Shown one piece after another: positions 9,478 to 19,266 of a stretch of 64,000 bases of DNA. This DNA comes from Flavobacteriaceae bacterium (GTDB taxonomy: Bacteria; Bacteroidota; Bacteroidia; Flavobacteriales; Flavobacteriaceae), in assembly GCA_013001965.1 (NCBI GenBank), contig JABDLA010000135.1, forward strand, positions 1,823 through 65,822, read 5' to 3'. Position 1 is the first letter of the stretch; each line of letters opens with the position of its first letter. The position numbers and the translations under genes are program-made. A model generated the notes under the pieces. That model saw nothing but the letters and a program-made list of their open reading frames with translations. It was not told where the DNA came from and ran no database searches.

Positions 9478-11265
9478 TTATTCCTTAGAGTCAAGCCATT
9501 CTGCCCTGGCTATCTCCTGTTTGACGGTTAAATCCAAACCGTTTTCTTCAAAAAGTGAAATTGTGTAAGCTGGGTCTTTTTTAAAAATGACTATAGTTTC
9601 TTTTCTTAAGCCAAAACGCTCAAAAACAACATCCAATTTATACCCAGGTTTTGCTGCACTAACAATTTTGTTAAAATCCAGAAATTCATTAAAAATCGTT
9701 TTCCCTGCCTCAATTATTTTATCCCCTTTTTCCAGGCCTGCAATATAGGCCGGTGAATCGATCCTGGGGTTGGATGTAATGATCCCCTTTTCTACTATGG
9801 CACCAAAGTAAACTTTGTTGGCATCCTGAGTTAATGTCACGCCAACTCTTTCAAATAAGCGTTTGAAATCAGGCATCTCGCTTTTATGGATATAGTTGTT
9901 GAAGAACCAATCGCCAAAATCTTTACCTACATAATCGTTCAAGGTGTTTTGTAGATCTTGAATGGTATAGGGTTTTTCGGTTTTTCCAAATCGAGACCAA
10001 ACCAGTTTCATATAATCATCCAGATTCAATCCCAATTCCCGAAGCGATAAATCTAAGGCCAGACCCAGCATTTGTCCGTAGGAATAATAGGAGATAAAAG
10101 TATTATCTCTATTATGTTGATCGACCGCTTTTGCGGCATCAACAAAAGGTGCCTGGTAGCTCATTTCAATGGGGTTATAAAAACGGCGTCCCGGGAAATT
10201 CCAAACGTAATTAAAAGTGCCTGTCATTCCTTCTAAATAATCTTCCTTGCCTATCAATCCAGCTCTGCAACGTGTTAACCCACTATAGTAGTTCGTAAAG
10301 CCCTCGGCAAACCAAAGTTCACCACTCATATCGGCAGCCGAAAAATCGAAAGGTTCTAATGATTGTGGACGTATCCGTTCCACGTTCCAGACATGAATAA
10401 ATTCGTGGGACACACTGCCTAAGTTTCGACTCATACCTTCATTTGCAAGGGATCGTGTCGTAGTTAAAACCGTTGAATTCCTATGTTCCATGGCATCGCC
10501 GGTAACATTGGGTAGATAACAAGCCAGGAAAGAATATTCACCATAATCGAATTTGGGTAATTCACCAAATATCCCCTTTTGTTGGAGTACAATTCGCTTT
10601 ACTTTGCCAAAATAGGAGTCCAGTTCTTCATCACTGCCATTATGATGCAGAACAAAATTTATCTTTTGTCCGTCAAGCTCAAAAGAACGCACATCATGAT
10701 CGCTTATTTCCACCGGACTATCCATAAAATATTGAAAATTAGGAGCACGGTAGGTGTCATCTGATACTTTCTCAAGCTGCGTAGCGATTTTCCAATTGAG
10801 ATCTTCACGAACATCAAAGGTCACATGGATTTCATCCGCTGCCAAACCTGGAACATACATAAAGGTGGGCGGAATATTTAAATGTGCATGCGTTTCATCG
10901 ATCTGGGCATAGGTCCCATCGCCATGATTGGCAAATAAAGTATAACTAACATTTAGAGTGCCGTCATGTCCTGACACATGCCAGGAATAGGGGTCTGGTC
11001 TGCTTGTATTCAGAATATTTCCTTTGCCATCGGTGGCTTTCACATTGTAAACATTCTTCACAAATTCATGAAGGGCATATCTTCCCGGAGACGTTCGGGC
11101 CATTCTGAATTCTACAACCTCCTCCTTTAAATTGGTAAATGTTGCGCTAATTTCAGCCTCATGATGAACAGCATTTTCAAATGAAATAGTGTATGCGGTT
11201 GATGGCTGAGCAATCGATAACTGACAAGCCCCTATAACAATGATAAAATGAATAATTCCTTTCAT
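9478..11265 (-). CDS. M61 family glycyl aminopeptidase-like metallopeptidase with PDZ domain
   Basis: Signal peptide, MEHRNST, HEFIH zinc motif, LWFAEGFTNY, C-terminal SPA..AGL..GD PDZ. Confidence 0.9.
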   Translation of the reverse strand: MKGIIHFIIVIGACQLSIAQPSTAYTISFENAVHHEAEISATFTNLKEEVVEFRMARTSPGRYALHEFVKNVYNVKATDGKGNILNTSRPDPYSWHVSGHDGTLNVSYTLFANHGDGTYAQIDETHAHLNIPPTFMYVPGLAADEIHVTFDVREDLNWKIATQLEKVSDDTYRAPNFQYFMDSPVEISDHDVRSFELDGQKINFVLHHNGSDEELDSYFGKVKRIVLQQKGIFGELPKFDYGEYSFLACYLPNVTGDAMEHRNSTVLTTTRSLANEGMSRNLGSVSHEFIHVWNVERIRPQSLEPFDFSAADMSGELWFAEGFTNYYSGLTRCRAGLIGKEDYLEGMTGTFNYVWNFPGRRFYNPIEMSYQAPFVDAAKAVDQHNRDNTFISYYSYGQMLGLALDLSLRELGLNLDDYMKLVWSRFGKTEKPYTIQDLQNTLNDYVGKDFGDWFFNNYIHKSEMPDFKRLFERVGVTLTQDANKVYFGAIVEKGIITSNPRIDSPAYIAGLEKGDKIIEAGKTIFNEFLDFNKIVSAAKPGYKLDVVFERFGLRKETIVIFKKDPAYTISLFEENGLDLTVKQEIARAEWLDSKE

Positions 11266-11337
11266 TAGAACATAATTAAAAGGCTAAGATACTATTTTTG
11301 AAAGCGGAGAAATTTAAAATTAAATAGTTAGAAGGCG

Positions 11338-11769
11338 TCAATTCTCATTTAAATCCGGTTCAAGAAGGTCAATTTTTTCATTGGTTTCCTTAATGGTCAC
11401 AAAGAGTTTTTCATAGGTCCAAATACCATCTTCTTTCGTACCCTTCACTTCAATGGTCGCGGCTCCTTTGGGCCCTCTTAAAGGAATTTTAATATCCACT
11501 CTTCCCGATTCATTCTTAAAGTTGACCGTTCCCTCCATAAAGCCATCTGTTTTAATGGGCTCTCCCAGGATCTCCATGAGTTCAGGGCTATTTATCGATT
11601 CTTCAACAGCAAATTCATAGGGTTCTGAACCCTTAAGGGCTTCCGATACGCCAAAAATTGCAGCGCCAACCCCAAAAATAAACAACAGAATAATTGTAAG
11701 GCATCCGCCAACGGGCAAAAGCCATGGCCAATTTCTCCCAAACCAACTTTTTTGATGCTGATGTTCCAT
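11338..11769 (-). CDS. Coa1-family-like membrane protein
   Basis: WFGRNW.W..P.G N-terminus, one TM, LGEPI...IPLRGPKG.A motif. Confidence 0.7.
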   Translation of the reverse strand: MEHQHQKSWFGRNWPWLLPVGGCLTIILLFIFGVGAAIFGVSEALKGSEPYEFAVEESINSPELMEILGEPIKTDGFMEGTVNFKNESGRVDIKIPLRGPKGAATIEVKGTKEDGIWTYEKLFVTIKETNEKIDLLEPDLNEN

Positions 11770-11875
11770 AATAATTTAGACTACTTAAAGATATGAATAG
11801 CGCGTTGAATTTTGTGCCTTCTATCAAAAAATATCTATTTCGTTTTCTTAAATTTGATTCGCTAAACAGAAAGCT

Positions 11876-12739
11876 TTGAAATTAAACCTTCAGGATATTC
11901 CTCGAGTCGAAACCATAAGCAAGGAGGATTTTATAAGATATTATTTTAAACCGCAAAAGCCGGTGGTTATCGAGCGATTTGTTGAAGAATGGCCGGCAGT
12001 AAAAAAATGGAGCCTCGATTATATGAAAGCGGTTGCGGGCGAAAAGACCGTGCCGCTTTATGATGATCGTCCTGTTGATTATAATGATGGGTTCAATGAA
12101 CCGCATGCCAAGATGAAGATGAGTGAATATATTGATCTTCTAAAGCGTGAGCCTACTAAGTATAGGATTTTTCTTTGGAACATATTGAAGGAAGTCCCAC
12201 AATTACAGCAGGATTTTTCATTTCCCGATTTCGGACTAAAACTAATGAAGGGCTTGCCAATGCTGTTCTTTGGAGGAACCAACTCGCATACATTTATGCA
12301 TTACGACATCGATCTGGCCAATATTTTTCATTTTCATTTTCAAGGCAAAAAGCGCTGCATTTTATTTGATCAAAAACAGAATTCGCACCTCTATAAAATA
12401 CCGCATTCATTAATTGTAAGAGAGGACATTGATTTTAGTGATCCCGATCTTGATAAATGGCCGGCATTAAAAAATGCCAACGGCTGGGTTTGTGAAATTA
12501 AGCATGGTGAAGTCCTGTATATGCCCGAAGGCTATTGGCATCATATGCAATATATTACACCCGGATTTTCGATGAGTTTACGTGCCATCGCAAGAAACCC
12601 AAAAAACTTGAGTAAAGCCGTTTACAATGTATTTATCATGAGAAGCCTGGACAACATCATGCGGCGCTTCAGAGGGCAAAAATGGATCGATTGGAAAAAC
12701 GAACAGGCCGTGATCAGAACCAATAAACGATTAATTTGA
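11876..12739 (+). CDS. JmjC/cupin-like Fe(II)/2-oxoglutarate oxygenase
   Basis: HxD (HYD) plus distal His (GYWHH), PVVI..W.A..KWS motif; TTG start preceded by TAAATTTG at 11849-11856. Confidence 0.85.
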   Translation: MKLNLQDIPRVETISKEDFIRYYFKPQKPVVIERFVEEWPAVKKWSLDYMKAVAGEKTVPLYDDRPVDYNDGFNEPHAKMKMSEYIDLLKREPTKYRIFLWNILKEVPQLQQDFSFPDFGLKLMKGLPMLFFGGTNSHTFMHYDIDLANIFHFHFQGKKRCILFDQKQNSHLYKIPHSLIVREDIDFSDPDLDKWPALKNANGWVCEIKHGEVLYMPEGYWHHMQYITPGFSMSLRAIARNPKNLSKAVYNVFIMRSLDNIMRRFRGQKWIDWKNEQAVIRTNKRLI

Positions 12740-13303
12740 CTAATCCTTCCACCCCCAGGGCGCATCTGGTATTTCAACCGTTTTGGTGAGATCAAATTCA
12801 ACCCTAAAAACCCTGTCGGTTCCAAGACGCCTTAAATTATAGGTGTACTGAGATTCATTAATTGTGATCCACCAAACATTTGACGATGCCGCCGGAATCA
12901 GAAGCTTTGTTTCTTCATCAGCTGGAAATATTTGAAGCGAATCCTGTCCTGCATTTACAGTTTGTCCGCCATATTGTGTGATCTCATCTTCGGTTCCATC
13001 TTCATGCCTATGATCATGTTTCAATTGAATGCGGTCATCATTGAATGTTAAGACCCAGGTCCTTGATCTGTCATCACCCACAAAAAATGGAATTCGAATT
13101 CTATTGTCATCACATGATCTCACATGCATAATCAGCCGCTTACCGCCGAATTGTTCATCATTTTCAGGTAAAACCAATTGACCTTCAAAGGCCTTTCCAC
13201 AAATAGATTGGAGCGATTCCCAATACTGCCGGGCCTCACTTTTTTCCTGAGCACAGGCCGTTGTTATTAAAAGTACACAAAAATACAGACTGATCTTTTT
13301 CAT
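12740..13303 (-). CDS. Conserved secreted hypothetical protein
   Basis: Signal peptide; LKHDHRH.DG.ED..TQYGG motif; C-terminal PWG. Confidence 0.75.
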   Translation of the reverse strand: MKKISLYFCVLLITTACAQEKSEARQYWESLQSICGKAFEGQLVLPENDEQFGGKRLIMHVRSCDDNRIRIPFFVGDDRSRTWVLTFNDDRIQLKHDHRHEDGTEDEITQYGGQTVNAGQDSLQIFPADEETKLLIPAASSNVWWITINESQYTYNLRRLGTDRVFRVEFDLTKTVEIPDAPWGWKD

Positions 13304-13337
13304 AAAATTTAAGATTAAATTTAAGATGAATATATAA

Positions 13338-13814
13338 TTATTTTATCAAGGCATTTGCCTTATCGTAAACCAAATTCGATTCCCAGCCCCTGTAAAGCAA
13401 ATAATCGACCAATTTCTTCTTTTTTTTCAAATTACTGGTTTCTTTTATCTGACGGAATCGTTTTTCGGCTAATTCGTTAAAAACTTCAATATATTCGTCA
13501 GGATCGATTTCCGCAATTGCCTGATTTATATTAAATTTACTGATCTCTCTTTTCCTTAACTCAAGGATTAGACGTGCTCTGCCCCACTTTTTAATCCTGA
13601 ACTTACCGCTTACGAAGGATTTGGCAAATCGTGATTCATTTAGATAATTGTGATCGATTAGTGAAACGATGATCAGGTCGATGGCCTCAGGGATCATGCG
13701 CATACTTATTAATTTTTTGTGTACCTCCTGATGACAGCGTTCCTGATAGGAGCAGTAATATTGAAGTTTTGACAATGCTTCTTCAACCGAGTAAGATTTT
13801 GATGTATTGATCAT
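13338..13814 (-). CDS. recX: Regulatory protein RecX
   Basis: YCSYQERC..EV..KL, YLNE.RFA, KWG..R, YLLYRGW motifs. Confidence 0.92.
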   Translation of the reverse strand: MINTSKSYSVEEALSKLQYYCSYQERCHQEVHKKLISMRMIPEAIDLIIVSLIDHNYLNESRFAKSFVSGKFRIKKWGRARLILELRKREISKFNINQAIAEIDPDEYIEVFNELAEKRFRQIKETSNLKKKKKLVDYLLYRGWESNLVYDKANALIK

Positions 13815-13925
13815 CCTGCAAATTGAATGTTTTGTTAATAACTAACATGCTGCATATCAAATAATTATGCATTTAAGAATTATATTTGCTCGTTTGCTTA
13901 AGAAACAAAATTAATAGTTATTCCT

Positions 13926-16900
13926 ATGATTAAGAAATACGCCCTCGTCTTCTTATCAATTATGTTATCTTTTTCTATGTCTTTTGGTCAGACGCCTTGG
14001 ATCAACGAGATTCATTATGATAATAATGGAACAGATGTCACAGAAGGTGTGGAAGTCGCAATTCCTGCCGGCTATACTTACAATCCGGCATCATTCAGGC
14101 TTGTGGGATATAATGGTGCTAATGGCCAAACCTATACTGCTGCCATAAATATTGATCCTTATGTTGCAGGTGGAACAATTGTAGGTAGTGTCACCTTTGT
14201 TTGGGTCCCGATTAGTGGATTGCAAAACGGTGCTCCCGATGGTATCGCTCTTGCTGAAACCGGGTTGATTCAGTTTTTAAGTTACGAAGGTAATTTCACA
14301 GCAACCAATGGGGTGGCCATTGGAACTACTTCAACAGATATAGGTGTTTCTGAAAGCAGTTCGTCTCCTGTTGGAAACAGTTTACAATTACAAGGCACAG
14401 GCTGCCAATATTCTGATTTTACATGGGCTTCGAGTGCTGCTCATACAAATAATAACATCAATACCGGTCAAACCTTGAATTGTGTGGTGGATGACGTCGA
14501 TTGGGCTAATGTCCAATCCCCTCCAAATGGCACTATTGTCCTTGGAAATACTTTCGATGTATATGCACGAGTCTGGGAGAATGGGGTAACCAATGTTGGT
14601 AGTCCGGGAGCAGGCATCAGTGCATGGATAGGTTATAGTTCTACGAATTCAGATCCCAGTACATGGCCCGCTGCAAACTGGGTCCCGGCAAGCTTTAATG
14701 GCGATTTTGGAAATGATGATGAATTTACCGCTGATATAGGGGCAGCGATAACAGCTACCGGAACGTACTATTATGCATCAAGATTTCAACTCAATACAGG
14801 ACCCTACCGATATGGAGGCTATAATGGTGGGTTTTGGGATGGCACTACGAACATCAATGGTGTTTTAACCGTTAATCCCCGAACACTGGATTGGGTGAAT
14901 CTGCAATCTCCTCCAACAGGGAATATAACGACTGGAACTGTTTTTGACGTGTTTGCGCAGGTCTATGAACCTGGCGTAACCGATACTCCATCCTCTCAAG
15001 GTCTGGGTATTGAAGCAGAAATTGGGTATCATGCATTTGATACTGACCCAAGTACATGGCCCGCCGCCAGTTGGGGAACTGCGGGCTATAATCCCGCTTG
15101 CGGGACGAATTGCGGAACGCCAGAAAATAACGATGAATATTTTCTTGATTTAAATTTAATTACTCCCCTTACCTCAGGAACCTATTATTATGCCAGCAGA
15201 TTCAGAATTGATGGCGGCCCATGGGTTTATGGCGGCTATAATGCCGGTGGCGGTGGTTTTTGGACTGCACCCTTTGGGACTGGTGGTCCGGCCGATAATG
15301 TAAACGGTGAAATTATAGTTACCGATCCTGTTACTGCCGATGTTGTGATCACAGAGATCATGTATAATACCACAGGAACTGATGACGAATGGATAGAGAT
15401 TTGCAATATTTCAGGAAGTGCCCAGGACTTGAGCAATTATACAATTGAAGTAGCCGGTACGGTGCGTTTTACTTTTGGAGGCAGTGTTTCATTAGCTGAC
15501 GGAGCATGTATTACAATTGCTATTGGAGATAATGGCAATGCCCCATACAATCCGGACTGCCCTTTTGTTCAAGATTATGGCTCTCCTGCAGGTACGAACT
15601 TCATGGCAAATAGTCCCGATGCAACGGGAATTGATATTGAACTGCTTTCACCTTCGAGTGCCACTGCTGATATTGTCAATTATGACGATGCCGATGGTGC
15701 TGACGGAACAGGCCCTTCTTTACATGTTATTGATGCCACTATGGATAATTCCGATACCGGGTCTAACTGGCAGGAAGTCATTGATGGCGGTTCTCCAGGA
15801 ATAAACTCATTGGTGTCTCCGTGCACACCTATTGTTCCGGAGATCAATGTAGAAGGCTTTGTTGGAGGATTCCCAAATATTGTAGATGGAGATGTCACAC
15901 CCCAGGGAACAGATAATACCTTGTTCGCACAACAGATCATTGGCAACTCTCAATTGAAATCATACCGTATACAAAATTTAGGTGCTGCCGACTTGACTAT
16001 TTCCAATATATATACTGCTGCACCAGGCCCCCATTCTGCTGATTTTACGGTAGGAAGCTATAGTTATCCCTTTACCATAGCGCCCGGAGCCGATTTCACT
16101 TTCGATATTACTTTTTCACCTTCGGCAGCTGGTCAACGAGACGCCACGTTATATATTGATAATGACGATGCCGACGAAAATCCTTATAATTTTGCAATAA
16201 GAGGATCGGGAGTATGTGCAGCTGGGGCCATTTCCATTTCGCCCACTTCAGGCCCGGCGGGTACCATTGTAACTGTAACGGGTTCAAATTTCGGGACTGT
16301 AAATACAGCAGCTTCAATTGATGGCATTGCAGCAGCTTTGACTTACATTTCCGCAACAGAAATTGAAGTGACAATTCCGGCAGGTACAAATCCCGATGAC
16401 CTTGAAATCACAGATGAATCTAATTGTCTGGCCATTGCCTTCTTTACCGTTTTGACTTCCGATGTTGAAACCTGTGAAGGTGCCAGCGGGGTCATTCCTC
16501 CAAACTGGAATGATTTACTAATCACCGGCGTGTTTGACAATACCTCAGGTTCTTGTCATTATCTGGAAGTTTTTAATCCAACCGGAACAGCTATTACATT
16601 GACCGGACAATATGAGATTGGTCTATCAAACAATTTTGCTGCAACAACCACTACGCCATTTACATTTAATGCAGGAAGAGAGCCGCTTACAGGAACCGTT
16701 CAACCGTATTCGACCTATGTAGTTCGATTTGGAAATCAAGGCGATACCTGTAATGATTGCCCAACAATAGTCCCTGATGAAACTATTGAAGACCCCGGTT
16801 TTGGGATCAATGGTAACAGTCCGGATGGTGTCGATCGTATTGTTTTAATAAAGAATTTCATAAATGTAGATCTTTGGGGTAACGACCTTTATGGAAGTCC

Positions 16901-19223
16901 TGGTTATGTATATACTAGAAGTCCGGAAGATATGGGAGGAAATCCTGTAACAGCTACAGCGCCTACGATGTCCTGGGATACCAATGACTGGGCCAGTCAA
17001 GGGATGGCTGATTGCTTTGGATTCCAATATTTGCCGGCCTCACCTCCTACAGTAACTTTAAATCCAAGTTATACACCTGATTGTGACGCTGATGTTACCC
17101 TTAGCGTCAACGCAACTGAGGGTTATGATCTAGGGGATGATACTCAGGAACTGGCGTATCAATGGTATTACCAAATACCCGGAAATGCAGGCTGGAGCGC
17201 AGTGACTAACGGCGGTGATTATTCAGGAGCGACAACGGCTACACTTTCTATTAGTAACGTATTGAATTATTATAATTATCAATATTATTGTCAGATTAGA
17301 GAAGATGATTCAAGTTGTTTCATTTCTTCTGATGCAACGCGATTAGAAGTGCCTAGAACCATTTGGAACCTTGGGGCATGGAGCAATGGGGTGCCGGATG
17401 TCAATACGATTGCCATCATTGACGATATTTATAACTCAGGAAGTAATGGAGATATTGATGCCTGTCAGTTAATTGTTAATACCGGTAACACACTTACCGT
17501 TGGAAATTCATCTTATGTAAGGATCGTAAACAATGTTATTAATAATGGTAATATAACGGTGCAAACCAGGGGCTCATTTGTACAGGACGGTGATGATGCA
17601 GCGGCAGGAACATTTACGAATTCGGGGGCTGGCTCGTCTAATATCCTGAAAACAACGGCGACCTTCAATGATGCCATAAGTGGCGACTATAACTATACCT
17701 ATTGGAGTTCACCTGTGGCAGGTAGTTTGGTCAATACCGTATTTCCAAATCCAGTTGGTGAGAGGCGTTTTTACTTTGCAGGAGAAGAATTCCTAGATGC
17801 GCTTGCCGAAGACCCCGGAAACAACAATGTGTTTAATGCCGGTCAGGATGATATCGATGATGATGACAGCGACTGGATCTATGCGACAGGCTTAACTATG
17901 GAAATTGGAAGAGGCTATGCAGTGACGGCTGTTTCTACGCCATCTGCGGGCAGCAATTATTCAGATTCAGCAAATTTTATTGGTGATTTTAATACCGGAA
18001 ATTACGATTTCACGATCTATAGAAATGATAGTGAAATGAATGACAATAATTGGAATTTTACCGGAAATCCGTATCCAAGCCCAATTAGTATCGATGCCTT
18101 TATCCTGGAGAATATGTATTTAGCAAGTCCGGTGGGCGGATTCCCGACCAATACTTCAGGAACACTTGATGGTGCCGTATTTTTATGGTCCCAAAGCATC
18201 CCTGCAAATGCAACAACCAACGGAAATGAAAACTGGAATTTCAGCCAGAATGATTATGCCGTCATTAACTTAACAGGAGAAACAGCCGGTAATAGCGGCG
18301 TTACACCTAACAGGTTTATTCCATCCGGACAAGGTTTCTTTATATCTTATTCTGATGATGCCGGAACCAATGGCTCATTCCCGATCTATTCAAATACGAT
18401 CACTTATAAAAACAGTATGCGGGTGGCTGACAATTCAAGCAACAACCAATTTTTTGAGGCCAATGAAGAAACTCAAAATTTTGGTGAGGCCAATCCACTT
18501 TCATCCACATCCGAGTTCAATAAGCTCTGGCTTGATTTGAACTCCGATAATGGTGTATTCAACCAGATCCTCGTAGGCTATGTTCCTGGTGCTACTGATG
18601 GATTTGATGGTATGATATTAGATGCCTATAAAAACTTGTCATCGAGTCTATATGCAGGACTTTATACCTTTATTGAAGGGCAGGAAAAGGTGTTTACAAT
18701 ACAAGGGAAAAATCCCCTAAGTCTGAATTTAGATGAAATTATTCCTGTTGGTTTCTCCACAAAAATTACAGAGCCAACGCTTTATTCATTCTCTATTCCC
18801 CGAAAGGAAGGAGAGTTTCTAAATACGAATGCAATCTATTTAAAGGACCATCTCTTGAATATAACACATGACCTTACGGTATCTGATTATTCTTTTACTT
18901 CAGACATTGGAGAGTTCAATGACCGATTTGATATTCGATTCACTGAAGATGCCTTATCCTTAGATGAGGTTGAATTGACTGGAGATGATCTTATCATTCT
19001 TGAAGGTGAAAATGATAATATTTTATTTAAGCTTAGCGGCAACTATCAAATGGCAACTATAGAGATCATAGATCTATTGGGCCGAACTGTTTATAAATTA
19101 AATGGAGAAGATCGCAATCAAATTACCTATAATCTCTCAAGTTTAAGCCAGGCAACATATATCGCCAGAGTAACATTAACCAATGATAAGGTCATTTTGA
19201 AAAAAATGGTCAAAAGAAAATAA
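13926..19223 (+). CDS. Large T9SS-secreted multidomain surface protein (lamin-tail-like, choice-of-anchor D, IPT/TIG, Ig-like, CTD)
   Basis: Signal peptide; INEIHYD and ITEIMYN LTD starts; NDDADENPYNFAIRG; ISPTSGPAGTIVTVTGSNF; C-terminal IIDLLGR...YIARV...KKMVK sorting domain. Confidence 0.88.
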   Translation: MIKKYALVFLSIMLSFSMSFGQTPWINEIHYDNNGTDVTEGVEVAIPAGYTYNPASFRLVGYNGANGQTYTAAINIDPYVAGGTIVGSVTFVWVPISGLQNGAPDGIALAETGLIQFLSYEGNFTATNGVAIGTTSTDIGVSESSSSPVGNSLQLQGTGCQYSDFTWASSAAHTNNNINTGQTLNCVVDDVDWANVQSPPNGTIVLGNTFDVYARVWENGVTNVGSPGAGISAWIGYSSTNSDPSTWPAANWVPASFNGDFGNDDEFTADIGAAITATGTYYYASRFQLNTGPYRYGGYNGGFWDGTTNINGVLTVNPRTLDWVNLQSPPTGNITTGTVFDVFAQVYEPGVTDTPSSQGLGIEAEIGYHAFDTDPSTWPAASWGTAGYNPACGTNCGTPENNDEYFLDLNLITPLTSGTYYYASRFRIDGGPWVYGGYNAGGGGFWTAPFGTGGPADNVNGEIIVTDPVTADVVITEIMYNTTGTDDEWIEICNISGSAQDLSNYTIEVAGTVRFTFGGSVSLADGACITIAIGDNGNAPYNPDCPFVQDYGSPAGTNFMANSPDATGIDIELLSPSSATADIVNYDDADGADGTGPSLHVIDATMDNSDTGSNWQEVIDGGSPGINSLVSPCTPIVPEINVEGFVGGFPNIVDGDVTPQGTDNTLFAQQIIGNSQLKSYRIQNLGAADLTISNIYTAAPGPHSADFTVGSYSYPFTIAPGADFTFDITFSPSAAGQRDATLYIDNDDADENPYNFAIRGSGVCAAGAISISPTSGPAGTIVTVTGSNFGTVNTAASIDGIAAALTYISATEIEVTIPAGTNPDDLEITDESNCLAIAFFTVLTSDVETCEGASGVIPPNWNDLLITGVFDNTSGSCHYLEVFNPTGTAITLTGQYEIGLSNNFAATTTTPFTFNAGREPLTGTVQPYSTYVVRFGNQGDTCNDCPTIVPDETIEDPGFGINGNSPDGVDRIVLIKNFINVDLWGNDLYGSPGYVYTRSPEDMGGNPVTATAPTMSWDTNDWASQGMADCFGFQYLPASPPTVTLNPSYTPDCDADVTLSVNATEGYDLGDDTQELAYQWYYQIPGNAGWSAVTNGGDYSGATTATLSISNVLNYYNYQYYCQIREDDSSCFISSDATRLEVPRTIWNLGAWSNGVPDVNTIAIIDDIYNSGSNGDIDACQLIVNTGNTLTVGNSSYVRIVNNVINNGNITVQTRGSFVQDGDDAAAGTFTNSGAGSSNILKTTATFNDAISGDYNYTYWSSPVAGSLVNTVFPNPVGERRFYFAGEEFLDALAEDPGNNNVFNAGQDDIDDDDSDWIYATGLTMEIGRGYAVTAVSTPSAGSNYSDSANFIGDFNTGNYDFTIYRNDSEMNDNNWNFTGNPYPSPISIDAFILENMYLASPVGGFPTNTSGTLDGAVFLWSQSIPANATTNGNENWNFSQNDYAVINLTGETAGNSGVTPNRFIPSGQGFFISYSDDAGTNGSFPIYSNTITYKNSMRVADNSSNNQFFEANEETQNFGEANPLSSTSEFNKLWLDLNSDNGVFNQILVGYVPGATDGFDGMILDAYKNLSSSLYAGLYTFIEGQEKVFTIQGKNPLSLNLDEIIPVGFSTKITEPTLYSFSIPRKEGEFLNTNAIYLKDHLLNITHDLTVSDYSFTSDIGEFNDRFDIRFTEDALSLDEVELTGDDLIILEGENDNILFKLSGNYQMATIEIIDLLGRTVYKLNGEDRNQITYNLSSLSQATYIARVTLTNDKVILKKMVKRK

Positions 19224-19240
19224 GGGATCAAGCTATATAG

Positions 19241-19266
19241 AAAGCCACTTTAAAGTGGCTTTTTTT
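19241..19266. terminator. Bidirectional intrinsic terminator
   Basis: Palindrome AAAGCCACTTT/AAAGTGGCTTT plus T-run between convergent genes. Confidence 0.85.

Noticed and set aside
18450..18493. Short duplicated TGAGGCCAAT (FEAN...GEAN) in the T9SS protein
   Set aside because: Ten-base repeat in a variable linker; in frame and with no evident significance.
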